Position numbers and translations under genes: made by a program. From Hyphochytrium catenoides (lineage: Eukaryota > Protista > Hyphochytriomycota), in assembly GCA_900088475.1 (NCBI GenBank), contig FLMG01001956.1, forward strand, positions 1-64,000: a stretch of 64,000 nucleotides of DNA, in the 5' to 3' direction. Of the stretch, positions 48,142-61,200 are shown in pieces (positions within the stretch are counted from its first letter, which is position 1; each line of letters begins with the position of its first letter). The notes under the pieces are model-generated. The model saw nothing but the letters and a program-made list of their open reading frames with translations. It made no database searches and was not told where the DNA came from.

Positions 48142-49407
48142 GGTTCCGTAGGGTTTAGGGGTTGGGAAGGGTGACTTGTAGCTTTGAGTGCTGTGGTGTT
48201 GATTGTTGTTGGTGCTTCAGGGAAAGTTGATGAATGAAGATGGTGTCAGCAATTGACTCTTGGCTGCTCAGAGCGATGTGCCCTTCCATCGCGAACGAGA
48301 AATATACACTTCAAACTTAAGTTGAGACACCGCCTCCTGCAGGCTTATTAACGGCTACGCTTGGCTTGGAGGAGGCGCTTGATTCGATAACGAGGCGCTA
48401 CAGATCCTCTGGCCCTGCTTCCCAGATTGTGGGCTCGCAGCTTTTCCGCTGTCTTGTCAAGAGAAGCGGGAGCTCTTCCGCAGTTTCATTGGCCGAAAGG
48501 TTATCTTAGGAGTCCACTAGTCAAATTCTCTTCTCTTATTGGGTAATATAGGCAGCTTTCAAGGACTTTCCACCAATCAGTGTCGAGTTCTGTAATAGAA
48601 GGGCTCCTGATATCGTCGCCAAGGATTGCTTAGGGTTATTACGCCTCTCTCTTTTTTCAGCAAATCCTAGTACATTACCGTCGCTGCGTACTTCCTATGG
48701 TTGAGTGAACGAAACAACCCTAATCTCTTCGCATTTTCTCTATCAATGGCTGTTATGACTTTGGACGTGCGTGCTTGGGGGCAGGAAGGGAGTGAGGTCG
48801 TCTGGATGTAAAGAGGGCAAAGCAAGAAAGCTGAGCTGGAGCAGCGAATGAGCAAGGTAGTTCCTCAGAGTGCTCCTGGCCCTGCACTGTCACCAGTCAT
48901 CCAGTCATCAACTAGCTCATCACCTTGCTAAAGATCTGCCCATTGGTAGTTGAGGGGTCTGTTTGGGGTACAGGTATATGCACAACGAGGATAGTCCTCT
49001 GGATTTAGCGAGGAGATACGGCTTGTGAAGATCTTCAATAGGTCTTATTTTACTCTACGCGACTGTAGGATGTCTCACATGTCATCGATTTAGTGCCGCA
49101 GAGGATAGTGAGTACGAAGATTGGAAAGGCACAAAAGGCTTTCCTTGGAGTAGATTGTACACAAACATTCTCTTTCTTACAAGGGTTAGCAACCTAACGC
49201 CTACCTCCTCTGCCCACAATCTAAGAGTAACTGGTTCCCTATTTTCCTATACTAGTACGGGAAGGACAAGTACCATGGCCAACCACACCATAGCAGTGCA
49301 GTCCATTATGAATAGTGATAGTGCTAGACTAATCGTGAGCACACAATCTTATGCAAGTGAGTGCCTTTCGACATATGTGTGTGGGTTGACTTGGACATGA
49401 GTTTCCC

Positions 49408-51432
49408 TCATAGATGTCCTCTGATGATGTCCTCCAGCTTCTTCGCATCAGCTGCAAAGCCACGGATGCCATGAGCCAGCTTCTCCGTTGCCATGGGATC
49501 TTGGTTTAGCATCCACCGGAACGTCTTCTGATCCAAATGAAGCTTTGGGCCCTTGTACTGCTTAGATGCAGCGATCGGCTCCAGCTTCCTCTTCATGGGG
49601 GATACAGTACCCTCAAGGGTCTCCAGTAGGTTTGGAGAGATGGTCAGCCTGTCGCATCCAGCCAGCTCGAGAATCTTCCCCGTATTCCGGAAGCTCGCAC
49701 CCATCACGATGGTCTTGTACCCATACTTCTTATAATACTGGTAGATCTCTGTCACAGACTTCACTCCAGGATCTTCCTGTGCAGGATAGTCCTTACCTGT
49801 CTTCGCCTTATAGTAGTCAAGGATGCGGCCAACAAATGGAGAGATGAGAGTCGCTTTGGCCTCAGCGCAGGCCACAGCCTGCGCAAAGTTGAAAAGTAAC
49901 GTCATGTTGCAAGAGATGCCCTCCTTCTGAAGAACTTCACAAGCACGAATCCCTTCCCACGTTGAAGCGATTTTGATGAGAACGCGTCTCTTGTCAATGC
50001 CCACATCCTTGTAGAGTTTGATAATTCTTCTAGCTCGCTCCAACGTGCCCTGGGTGTCATAACTCAACCTGGCATCCACCTCTGTCGAAACATACCCTGG
50101 AACAATCTTGAGAATCTCTGCTCCAAAGTTCACGGCCAGCTTATCCATTATATTAGAGACCAGCTCATCGTCGCTGCTTGGGTTGAGGCTCTTTCCATAT
50201 TGAATAGCGTTTTCAACCAGATGCTGATATTGGGGCATCTGAGCTGCCTTGAAGAGAAGAGAAGGGTTGGTGGTCGCATCCACCGGCTTGAACTTCTTGA
50301 TAGCCTCGATATCACCCGTGTCAGCTACAACTGTCGTGATTCGTCGCAACTGAGCTAGTTGAGAGCCAGACGTGTCAATCTTCTCTTCAGACTGCAATTT
50401 CCCGATCAGGATTTCTTCCAGCTTCACAATGTCTGCTGCAAAGCCTTGAATGCCGCTGGCTAGTTTTTCGGTCGCCATTGGATCGTCATTCACCATCAAT
50501 CGGAACTTATTCTCGTCTAGCTGTATCTTTGGGCCCTTATACTGGCTAGAAGCAGTTGAAGAGTCCAGTTTACGCTCCACAGACCCCGGAGTGTTGGTGA
50601 GTGACTCCAATAGATTGGGTGAGATCGTCAGCCGGTCACAGCCAGCCAGCTCGAGAATCTCCCCCGTATTACGGAAGCTAGCACCCATCACGATGGTCTT
50701 GTAGCCGTACTTCTTATAGTATTGGTAGATCTCTTTGACAGACTTCACACCAGGATCCTCATGTGCAGGATAGTCCTTTCCGGTGGTGGCCTTGTAATAA
50801 TCGAGAATGCGGCCAACAAATGGAGAGATCAGCGTGGCCTTGGCCTCAGCGCACGCCACAGCTTGTGCAAAGTTGAAGAGCAACGTCATGTTGCATGAAA
50901 TGCCCTCTTTCTGGAGAATCTCACATGCCCGGATTCCCTCCCAAGTAGAGGCAATCTTGATCAAAATGCGATTCTTTGGCACTCCTACCTTCTCGTAGAG
51001 TGCAATAATTCTCCTAGCACGGTGAACAGTCTCTTGGGTATCAAACGAAAGTCGGGCATCCACTTCGGTAGAGACATATCCAGGCACGATCTTGAGAATC
51101 TCCGCACCAAAATTAACGGAAAGCTTGTCAATGATGTGACCTAGTCTTTCCTCGTTGGATACATCTTTCAGAGCCTTTCCATACTTCACAGCATCGTCCA
51201 CGAGGCGCTGATACTGTGGCATCTGTGCTGCCTTGAACAGCAAAGAAGGGTTCGTGGTAGCATCTTGAGGCTTAAACTTTGAAATTGCATCAATATCTCC
51301 AGTATCAGCAACAATAACGGTCATCTTTGAAAGGGCTTCATATTGGTTGGAGGCAGCCTTCTTGGGTGAAGAAGCCTTAGCAGAAGGCGATGCGGGCCTC
51401 CGGGTTGGCGAAGCTGGCTTTGTCTCTGGCAT
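49408..51432 (-). CDS. TAL: Tandem double transaldolase (two complete TalB-type domains), 674 aa
   Basis: Both halves carry [35 protein letters not shown] (Schiff-base Lys), [17 protein letters not shown] and VMGASFRN. Single uninterrupted ORF. Confidence 0.95.
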   Translation of the reverse strand: MPETKPASPTRRPASPSAKASSPKKAASNQYEALSKMTVIVADTGDIDAISKFKPQDATTNPSLLFKAAQMPQYQRLVDDAVKYGKALKDVSNEERLGHIIDKLSVNFGAEILKIVPGYVSTEVDARLSFDTQETVHRARRIIALYEKVGVPKNRILIKIASTWEGIRACEILQKEGISCNMTLLFNFAQAVACAEAKATLISPFVGRILDYYKATTGKDYPAHEDPGVKSVKEIYQYYKKYGYKTIVMGASFRNTGEILELAGCDRLTISPNLLESLTNTPGSVERKLDSSTASSQYKGPKIQLDENKFRLMVNDDPMATEKLASGIQGFAADIVKLEEILIGKLQSEEKIDTSGSQLAQLRRITTVVADTGDIEAIKKFKPVDATTNPSLLFKAAQMPQYQHLVENAIQYGKSLNPSSDDELVSNIMDKLAVNFGAEILKIVPGYVSTEVDARLSYDTQGTLERARRIIKLYKDVGIDKRRVLIKIASTWEGIRACEVLQKEGISCNMTLLFNFAQAVACAEAKATLISPFVGRILDYYKAKTGKDYPAQEDPGVKSVTEIYQYYKKYGYKTIVMGASFRNTGKILELAGCDRLTISPNLLETLEGTVSPMKRKLEPIAASKQYKGPKLHLDQKTFRWMLNQDPMATEKLAHGIRGFAADAKKLEDIIRGHL

Positions 51433-53539
51433 CGTTCCTAGTATAGTCGTTAAGGCTGTGGTCTATACGTGGACAATGAAGATCTGAGCCTTGATGAACC
51501 GGGGAAGACAGCTGGCAGCGGGCCGTCACGACAGGCGAAGATCTTACCAAAAGGGCCGCTAGGTCAGTGTGGACCCTCTGTTCTTCCTTCTTGAACACCC
51601 TCACTGTCGGGATTATCAAGCCTGAGACCAAAGAAATGATATGCGCCCAGATTAGGAACAGAAAGTGCATTTCCTCTGAATAGCGTAATGCCTATACTGA
51701 ATATCGTCACAGCGGTTCACAGAAACTCTCTGTATAGGGTTCTCCTAGTAAAGAGGCTTTTACGATAGGAGTAGAAAGAACAGCTTATGAAATTTCTTGC
51801 CTCCTCACCACTCTCGCTGCGTTGTCTTCTTCTGTCGTCTGTCTGCAACTGCTTGGTTTGTTGGCTCTTCTCTTCTTTCCCCTCTCACCTGACTGACTGA
51901 CTGACAACCTTGTCCTTTCCTTTCTTCTCTCTCTCTCTCTTCTCTTGATTGCTCTTCTCCTTCCTGGCTATTATTATATATATCTTCTCACTTCCTCTCA
52001 CGTCTTTTCATATTATATAATGATGAAAAAGAGTTTCCCGCCGCCCCATGTCCCCATGTCTCTGTGTGTCTCTCTCCTCCCGGCTCGCGCGCTCTGTCTG
52101 TCTCTCACTCTCCATGCTCTCTGCTGCTCTTCGACATGATGATGATCTTCTTCTGCTAAAATGATGGTGTTTGCTACCTGAGCCGCTTCGTCGTTGTTGA
52201 CTAGTAGGCATCATCATCATCATCCCTCAATTACAAGGTCATTTGTTGAGCAGCGCTTCTTCTTCCTTATCTTGCGCAGCGGTTTGCCGTCCCTGCTCCT
52301 TGTAAGGTAGCTCTGTACCCCAAAAGGCGACAGATGAACGAGGAGAAAGATCAAACTTCTGGGTCGGTTTATCATTATGACTGTGCGCCTCTAGCGTGGT
52401 GTCGCCACAGAGTAATAATACGAACAACATCATATTTATTTTTTACTCTGATAAAACCCTCTTCTTTCGCTAACCCTAATACTGGTGTATGAGACACGTA
52501 GTAGTAACGTTTCAGCTTGTGGCTCTCTATGCCTCTTTTAGGAGGAGGCGTCCTAGCTTGGGGCGGAAAGTAAGAACAAGGAATGAAAAGGAGCTCAAAG
52601 GAAAAAAGTCAAGGAAGACGCTTCATCATGATGATGATGGACGAGGATAGCAGCCACGACGGACCACTCCTTTCGCACTTTAGCTCTATAATAACTTGGC
52701 AGAAGAAGGTTTACATTGAAATAGGTGATGGGCTGCTAGCTGCCCTAGGACCTCGGATGACCGTGGTATTCTGCACTACAGTACCGGAATGCCGCACTAT
52801 ACCTAGTAAAGGATCTATATATGCCAAATTGCGGGGTGCACTACTAATAAGGTTGGCGCGGAGGACACGCTCTGCCGCCGCATGCTGCGCTTGTCCTGCT
52901 GTGACCAACAAGGTGAAGAAGGACTATCATAATCATCAATGAGCAAGAGAGGCTTGGAAGCTACAAGCCTCATGACCTACAATGCTCAGGTGCAGCCACC
53001 ACAGTAGTACGCTATTGTTGTTAACAAATAAGGGTAGTAAAAGAAGGAGAGCAAGTATATAGAGTAGGCAGAAACAAAGGCGAAGGAGAAACGAAGAACC
53101 GGAGAGAAGCATGTTTAACAGCATTATTAGAAGTAGAAGAAGAAGAAAGTCACGTTGTCGCTATGATAAACCATTTCTAACAACAGGGGAACGCTTCAAT
53201 TCTGCTTATCTTAGTGCTGGCCTCATGGATCATTACCTGAAGCCATTACAAACACCGTCGTAAATCCATCACCGGTCCTATAGACCAGACCAACGCCGTC
53301 CACTGCGAATGATCCACACACCACGCACTCCAGTCAATAACTACAAGTGCGACAGGATTCCACAGGTAGTGTGCCGTGATATCTCCTCGTGCTTGCCGTG
53401 CTGATGCCAGTGGCGCTTGATACTGCTGCTGTTGCTTCTATATGTTATATATATAACCTCCCTTGATAGCGCCTCGGGCTGAGTATTGCTCCTCCTGCAA
53501 CTACTGACAGTGACGCTTGCTACTGCTGACGCCTACTGC

Positions 53540-53990
53540 TGCCGATGATGCCTCCTAGGCTGCTCCTGCTGCCGATATGCCTCCTAATGATGCTGCTACT
53601 GCAGTTGATGCCTCCTCCTCCTGCTGCTCCTGCTGCTGCCGATGATGCCTCCTAATGCTGCTGCTGCTGCTACTGCTGTCGATGCCTCCTCCTGCTGCTC
53701 CTCCTGCTGCCGATGATGCCTCCTAATGCTGCTGCTGCTGCTACTGCTGTCGATGCCTCCTCCTGCTGCTCCTCCTGCTGCCGATGATGCCCCCTAATGC
53801 TGCTGCTGCTGCTACTGCTGTCGATGCCTCCTAATGCTGCTGCTGCTGCTACTGCTGTCGACCCCTCCTCCCCCCGCTGCTCCTGCTACTGCCGATGATG
53901 CCTCCTCCTGCTGCTCCTCCTGCTGCCGATGATGCCTCCTAATGCTGCTGCTGCTGCTACAGAGGATCCCTCCTGCTGCTGCTGCTGCTG
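53540..53990. repeat. Minisatellite with 71-bp period built from CTG/CCT/GAT triplets
   Basis: GATGATGCC unit starts at 53641, 53712 and 53783 (period 71), with degenerate copies on both sides. Confidence 0.92.
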
Positions 53991-55220
53991 CCTTCGTCTC
54001 AAAACAATAGAGTTAGTGCTGGATGGTAGCATCATCGAGCAGGCCATTCCGGGAGGGTGGGGAGAGCTTCCGCTAAGAGTAATCTCAGAAAGAGGTGTTT
54101 CACCTGAACGCAATTAATCCGCCCACCCACCCCCCAGATGACGACATCCGTTACATTCTCGTCTTCCGTCTTGCCTTCGTCTCCTGAGGTCTGTCCGCAC
54201 AGCACTTCTCACCGTCCATCTCACCCATGCAAAGCCATGATAAGCTGCTTCTCTCCTTATGTTGAGCTCCTCCAGATACTAAGCCTTGTGTCTTGCCCCT
54301 GCTGCCTGCTGTTGACGGGGCAGGAGGAGGAGGAGCGAGGGGTGACCGTTCTGTCGGTGTACCCTGTAACGACTGTTCTTGCAGATAGCGAACATTAAAG
54401 GTTAATAATTGCTTCTGCTGTTGCTGGCGCACCCTCCATGGTGAATGGTGTTTGTTCTTCTGTCAACATGAAACACCTCGTTTATTTGTCGACATGTGAC
54501 GACATCCTTGTCTAGAGTAAGGGTGCCAACCCCACCTATTGTAACGTCCCTGCTAAATTAGAAGAAGAAAAAAAAAAGAGGAAAACTGCTGCTTATTCCC
54601 CCACCAGGTACCCTCTTGTTTGTCAGTCAGGACCGTCCAAGGCGGCCAGTTAGAGCGTCGTCAGATACAGGAGCGTCTAGGAGTTAAGGTTCACTAGCTC
54701 TGTAGCAAGCAATAGCCATGCAACGATTGAGTAAACCTATATGCGGTGACTGCGGGTGTCACATGCACTGTGTTTGACTCAAGGAGTAGAGCAGTGAAAG
54801 AAAGGTAAGAAAGGCTTCTGTAAAGTAGAAAGCGTTTGTCCCTTTGGACTATCCACCCACTCAGCAGAGAACAAGCCACCTCGTGTTGCTGGTATGTAAA
54901 AAGCGCTATCGTGATAGTTCCTGCCTCTTAAGGGAGTCTGATCGCCATTTGGTGTTGATTCTTTGTTCTGGTGTTCCTTAGAACAGGAATGTCTGTTGTC
55001 TGCATACCCCAAGAACGGAGGTAACCATGTGGCGCCAATAAAGGCACTTGGCTGCTGTTTGCAGCATCTCTCAAAGGTCACACTTTGCCATTTGCTATCA
55101 TTCCCGCAAGCGGCATTCCTTCCACCTACGGTGACGTCCTAGCTCTTCTTCTACTGGCTTGCTTGTTTGCAGAGGCAACACCAAGAATTGCGATTAGATT
55201 ACTCTAATTCAGGAGGGGAG

Positions 55221-58200
55221 ATGACGGTAACCTCAGCACTACGTCGTACTGGGGTTCTCCTATCGAAGAATTGGTTGCTGAAGCGCAGGCATCCTTATGG
55301 CCTTGCTTTTGAGCTCGTGATCCCTTTACTGTTCGTGGCGTTATTCTCATATCTCAAGGTCAGCATTCTCTGCCCACCATGCGCTCCACATGCACTAACC
55401 ATTATGAATCTTACGCGATGCCACTGGCTTTCACCTCAACATTATTCCTTCTTGTCCTCAGGACCAAGCTGACATCATCAAAGTACCGGAGGGCTGGTCA
55501 TCTGAGTGGTCTAGCTGCCTTTTTTCCGGGGGCGCAAGTTCGGCTGATTGTAGTGAAGGCACTCGCTTCCCACTATTCAATGGATGTAAGCCCTCCCTAT
55601 CATGCCCCTGTCTTTCTTCTTCACGTAGTTCCTGCCGTTTTCAATAGATAATCATCCTTCTTATTATCATCGACCTCTCTTCTGCAATTGCAGATAGCGG
55701 AGGTGCAGGTTATCATGGAACAGAGATGTCTGTCAGAGATCTCTTGGTCCAGCTTACTCGTCTTCCCGGCCAAGATGAGGATACGGGAAGTAAATTGTAC
55801 TCTCCAGATTGTTCAGATTACTTTCATAAAGGACAGGTATTCTGAAACCGATCGCACTTTTATTTGTTGGATAGACGACGGGGAGAAAGACGACAGCACT
55901 TCCTTCGCTGCTACTTCTCGCATCGTTGTTCAAGGCCTAAAATGTTCGTTTGCTGCTTTTTCCTAGGTTAACCCCCCACCAGCAGGATGTGATGTCATTC
56001 CCTCCGTGCTTGCGGTCGTGGTCGCTGACGAAGCAATCTTTGAACTCTTCGCAAAGACCGTCAGTGCTTGGTATGCCCCAATTGACGTCAACCAGCCTTC
56101 TCATCAAGAGAGAATATTCCCCGGTATTGCTCCGTTCCTAAAATGGTATGCGTCCTCAAAGGAGCTCGATGACTACATTTCGGGCTCACTTCTTGGTACG
56201 GCGCCCAAGTATCCCAAGATCTTTGCTGCTATCCAGTTCAACAGCCATCCCCCCATGGGCCGGAATGGGAAGTGGGACTATAGCGTCAGGCTCAAGGCCC
56301 GCACTTGGGAAGGGTCATACGACTTCTTCGGTACAATCTATGGGACCTTGAAGCCTGCCATGGACTTCGTCGCGAAAGGGATAGTAACGGAACCAATGCA
56401 GGCATACCTCTACGGGGGTCACGTCACTCTCCAGACTTTGGTGGATAAGTTTATCCTTTGCAACCCAGACCCTTCCTCTTTCGTAGGCAGCCAGCTGCCT
56501 AGGTGTTTGAACAGTGAAGCAGTAAGTGCTCCCCCACAAAACACCTCAGTAGACTTCTTCTCAAGCACAGTCTGCGTCGTCCTTCTTCCTCACCCCTTCC
56601 TGTGGTCGTTGTTGTTAGACTAACTGGCGGATTCTCGCTAACGTTTAGCTTGCCTTTTTGTCGCTCTTAGACTGTTAAGAAGCCTTCGAGTGTGGAGTTA
56701 CTGGTCAAGGAACTGGAAGAGGATCGCTCTTTTCTGAGTTCGTTACCTATGGTAACCAACGTTACCTCTTTCCTTAGCAGCCTTGACCCTGATGCAGTAG
56801 AAGCGTTAGCCGCACCTTCAAGACAGCTCCCGCTCAGCACCTCCTTCTTCGCTTACCCCGTCGCTGCATATAAGAAGGCCTCTTTCTACTCCATGGCTGC
56901 GAATGTCCTTCCCCTCAACTTTATTATGGCTTACCTGTACACAGTCTCAAAGATTCTCATTGCCTTTGTGAGAGATAAAGAGCTCAAGTTCCGCGAGCTG
57001 ACAAAGATCATGGGCGTCAGCGACTCTATCATCATCAGCAGCTGGTACCTCACCTACGGCATCTTTTTCTTCATTTCAAGCATCCTTATGGCCATTGCAA
57101 TGGATATGAACCTCTTCCCTGGCGCTGGTGTTGGTAACCTATTTGTTCTTTTCTTCCTGTTCGGCTTGGACGTCATAGCCTTCTGTTATTTTCTTAGCAC
57201 CTTCTTCGCTAAGGGAAAGACCGCGGCGGTTGTGGGAGTCGTTTTCTTCTTTCTCTCCTATATGGTATATTATACGGCGAACGCGGATAGTAGCAGCTCT
57301 TCAGCAAAACTGGCAAGCTGTCTTCTTCCGTCTGTTGCCTTAGCGCAGGGTATTAGCATTCTCTCCGCCTTTGCCACGAATGAAACCAGCGTGGTATCAC
57401 GAGAAGTAGTGGGAAATCTCTCTCTGGGAGGAGTCTTTGGCATGATGGTGCTAGATTTTGTCCTCTACACTATCTTCGGAGCTTATCTGGAGCAAGTTCT
57501 GCCAAAGGAGTGGGGGGTCCAGCAGCCCTGGTACTTCTGCTTCTCCCCTACGTACTGGTTCCCGAAGACCAAAAAGAAAGAAAGTGGCCTCACGAAGCCC
57601 AAGGTGATAGGAGGCGGGTCGGAGATTTCTCCTGTGGAGGCTTCTCCGATTACCTCCGATACTGTAGAGAAGCCTTCGGCGGATCTGAGGCTTCAGGAGA
57701 AGGATGGACGGTGTCTCAGAATAGAAGGACTTCAGAAGGTCTTTCAAACTCCTGTAGGACTTAAAACAGCCGTTCAGGATTTGGATCTTAGCCTTTATGA
57801 AGGACAAATCACCTGCCTTCTGGGACATAATGGAGCTGGTAAGCCTTGCGTCCGAGGGATCTTCAGCCACCGTACCTTCTCACCATCGCCAACTGTTGAT
57901 TAGTCCTACGATTGTTTCTTTCGTATCTTCTCACGGCTCTTCAATGTGCGGTCTCTTGTCTCTTATCACGTCAACGTCTCGCTGCGAAGAAGGATATCCA
58001 GGACTTCTCTCTGTCTCTATTCATCGTACAATTCTCTTCTATTGCTCCTTGGTCCTTTATTTCTTTTTGTTCACTTTTCTTCCTCATGCAGTTTGTCAAC
58101 CTTCCTTGTTTGGCTTCTCCTTAACCCGCGTCCCTCATGCTCGTCCTTCAATCTTAGGAAAAACAACGACTATCTCCATCCTGAGTGGCATGTTAGAGCC

Positions 58201-61200
58201 CACTAAGGGCAACGCATTTTACCGGGGGTTGAGCCTTACCGAGGACCTGGAAGAGATTAGAAAGTCTATGGGAGTGTGCCCACAGCACGACGTTCTCTAT
58301 GAAGATTTGACGGTGAAAGAGCATCTGCACCTCTTCGGAGCCATTAAAGGTCTGTCTGGCAAGGCCTTGGAGGAGGAGACTATGAAGAAGGTGAGAAGCT
58401 TCCCCTGCTTTTATTAGAGCTCTCAATTTTTGTGCCGTTTCTGTTCTCCCTTGGCTCAGGAGAGTACCTCGTCTTTTCATCGTCGACTATCTTTGTGATG
58501 GATCTTGTCCTCTCTCTAGTTCTTGTTGTGCTCCTCCTCTTCTTAGCCGTTCCGCTTCGCTTTTACCTTGGTCGTCTCTGTATGCTCTAGCTGGGTGTTG
58601 TTAACGCATCCTGCCGTATCGCCGTAGATCCGCGAGGTTGGCCTTACTGAGAAGGTCAACGTCAACTCCTCACAACTGTCTGGCGGAATGAAGCGAAAGC
58701 TCTCGTTAGCTATTGCTCTGATTGGGGACAGCAAGCTGGTCTTCCTTGACGAGCCAACCAGGTATCACAATGTCTCTCGTTCTGCCTTTCTCTTCTCTAT
58801 CTCGCGTTCACTTCAGTTCTAGTATTGCTTGTCCCTTTCCCTTAGCCAAGACATTTGTCTCCAGGCCCTCCTCTCCTGGGGTTGGGAATAATTTTCCCTT
58901 GGTTGCTAAATCGCTCCTCTCTTGACCATTGTCACTCTTCAAGTGGTATGGATCCTTACTCGAGAAGAAGCACATGGCAAGTCATCCAGAACAACAGGGA
59001 AGGGAGAATTATCATTCTAACCACGCATTTCATGGTAACTTCATCGTCACTACCCTCATCGAGGAATATTCTCTCTTCAACCTCTGTCTGTCTTATGTGG
59101 CAACGATGTTGTTCATTCCTCTTTCTCGTTCTTGCCTCTTTCTCGTGTCTTCGCACTCTATCTCTAACTTCATATACTCTCTCTCTAGGACGAAGCTGAT
59201 CTACTAGGAGATCGCATTGCCATCATGGCTGGGGGAGGACTGCGATGCTGTGGCTCTTCAATGTTCCTGAAGAACCGCTATGGCGTCGGGTACAACCTCA
59301 CTTTGGTGAAGAGTTCTTCAGCTAACACGAAAGGAATCCAAGAGACTATTGCCAAGTATGTTCCTTCAAGCAAAGTTCTCAGTAACGTTGGGGCGGAGAT
59401 TGCTTTCCAGCTCCCTCTCGAGGCCAACACAGCCTTTCCTAAGCTACTGCGCGAACTTGATGCAGAGCCAGGGGTGCTATCCTATGGTATCAGTGTGGTA
59501 AGAACACCTGATCTAAGATCTTACTCTTCGGACCGGCTTAAGTTCCGCATTTCAATTCGCGGACACCCTCTACACTCGTTCTCCGCCTAGCTCACTCTTC
59601 AAACTTACCAAGTTCGCTATTTACCTTCCTGCTGCTATCTGTTATTATCAAGCACACGCATGGAGAGGACGTCCCTCGTTCCATCATCTTCACTTGCTTC
59701 TTCTGCTCGCTTATCGCAGTCTTTTGGGGATCAATCATTCCTTGTCCACCACCTCTCCTGTGGGACGAAAGTGTTTCCTGGAGCTTTCTACAAGTCCTTC
59801 CTTAACCTCTGCGCTGCTCGCATCGTTCTTAGACCACTATGGAGGAGGTCTTCCTGAAGGTGGCAGAAGCTGACCATCTGCCTCAAGCAAGCAAGACTAA
59901 CAAGGAGAAGGAAGAAAAAACTGCCAGTGGTCGGCCCATCAACAATCTCCCTAGGTCAACCTTCAAGATAGGAGATAGGAAGGAAGGGGGCTATTTCCTC
60001 CGCCACCTGGGCGCCTTGTTCATGAAGCGACTCCGGTATGCCAAGAGGGATAAGCAGAGCTTGTGGTGCAGCACAATGATGCCCATCCTCATGCTTCTTA
60101 TCGGCTTCATCATTCTCAAGACTTCGAGCATGGGCAAACCCAACCCTGCCTTGGCTCTTAGCCCCAATATGTTTGGTGCCAAGAGCACTCCTGCTCCAAT
60201 TTATTGCTCCCCGGCCTCTTCATCGTCTGCTGATGCAGACAGGAGCATGTGCTCCTCTCTCGTTACGCGGCTTCAAGGAGTTAGGCCCCTCGAGCTGCCT
60301 CTTTCTCCGGCAACATCCAGTGTTGACAATGTAGAGAAAGCGGTAGTCTTCGGCGTCCCTTACGACCTTTCAAAGCTAAGCCCGAAGGAAGAAGTTACTC
60401 TGCTTTTTGCCAATACCTCATTTCATGAGATGAGGTATAAGCAGAAAGTCCCTTCCTATGGAAGCTTCGTACTCTTCCCTAACAGCTCTGACGGATCAAC
60501 CTCCGCTGTTATCGGGGTCAATACTTCGGCCTTTCATGGTGCAGGTGTCTTGCAGACTACCTTACATAGCAGTATGTACCGCGCTATAACGGGACAGGAC
60601 GAGGTCGATATCCTGACGACTTCACATCCACTTCCCCTGACAAAGCAGAGCAATGCCGTTTTCACCGCTATCTCTGCCTTCACGGCAGTGCTCTTCATTA
60701 TCATCGCGGTGTCTTTCATCCCTGCGAACATTATCACCTTCGTGGTAAAAGAGAAGGAGGCCACAGGCAATGCGAAGCACTTACAGCTCGTGAGTGGGGC
60801 TTCCCTCGCAGCTTACTGGTTGGCAAACTTTCTCTGGGAGTTCTTGGTTTATCTTGGGACCTTTGCCTCCGCACTGATTCTCCTGCAGCTATTTGACGTT
60901 GGAGTCTTCACAGGGAGCAACTGTGAAGGAGACGAGGTCAGACTCCTTGCTTATTACTACGAGACCGCATGTTCCTCCTTCTCGCTTGGTCGCACCTCCC
61001 TTCCTACTATCTGCCACCACTGTGCTCTCATCTACCATCAGCAGGAACTCACCGTAACCCCATGCCTGTCGTTAGTGGGGTTTTCACCCTCCCTCTCGCT
61101 CTCCTTCTCCTTCGTACAAGCTTGCCTATCCTCTCGCCTCTGTCTTCTATGTTTTCGGTCTCGTCCTCCTTGTATTCTAGTGAAAAGGAGCTTCCTAGTT

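Noticed and set aside
53540-53990. CRISPR-like array
   Set aside because: Contiguous tandem low-complexity units without unique spacers, in eukaryotic DNA with no cas genes.
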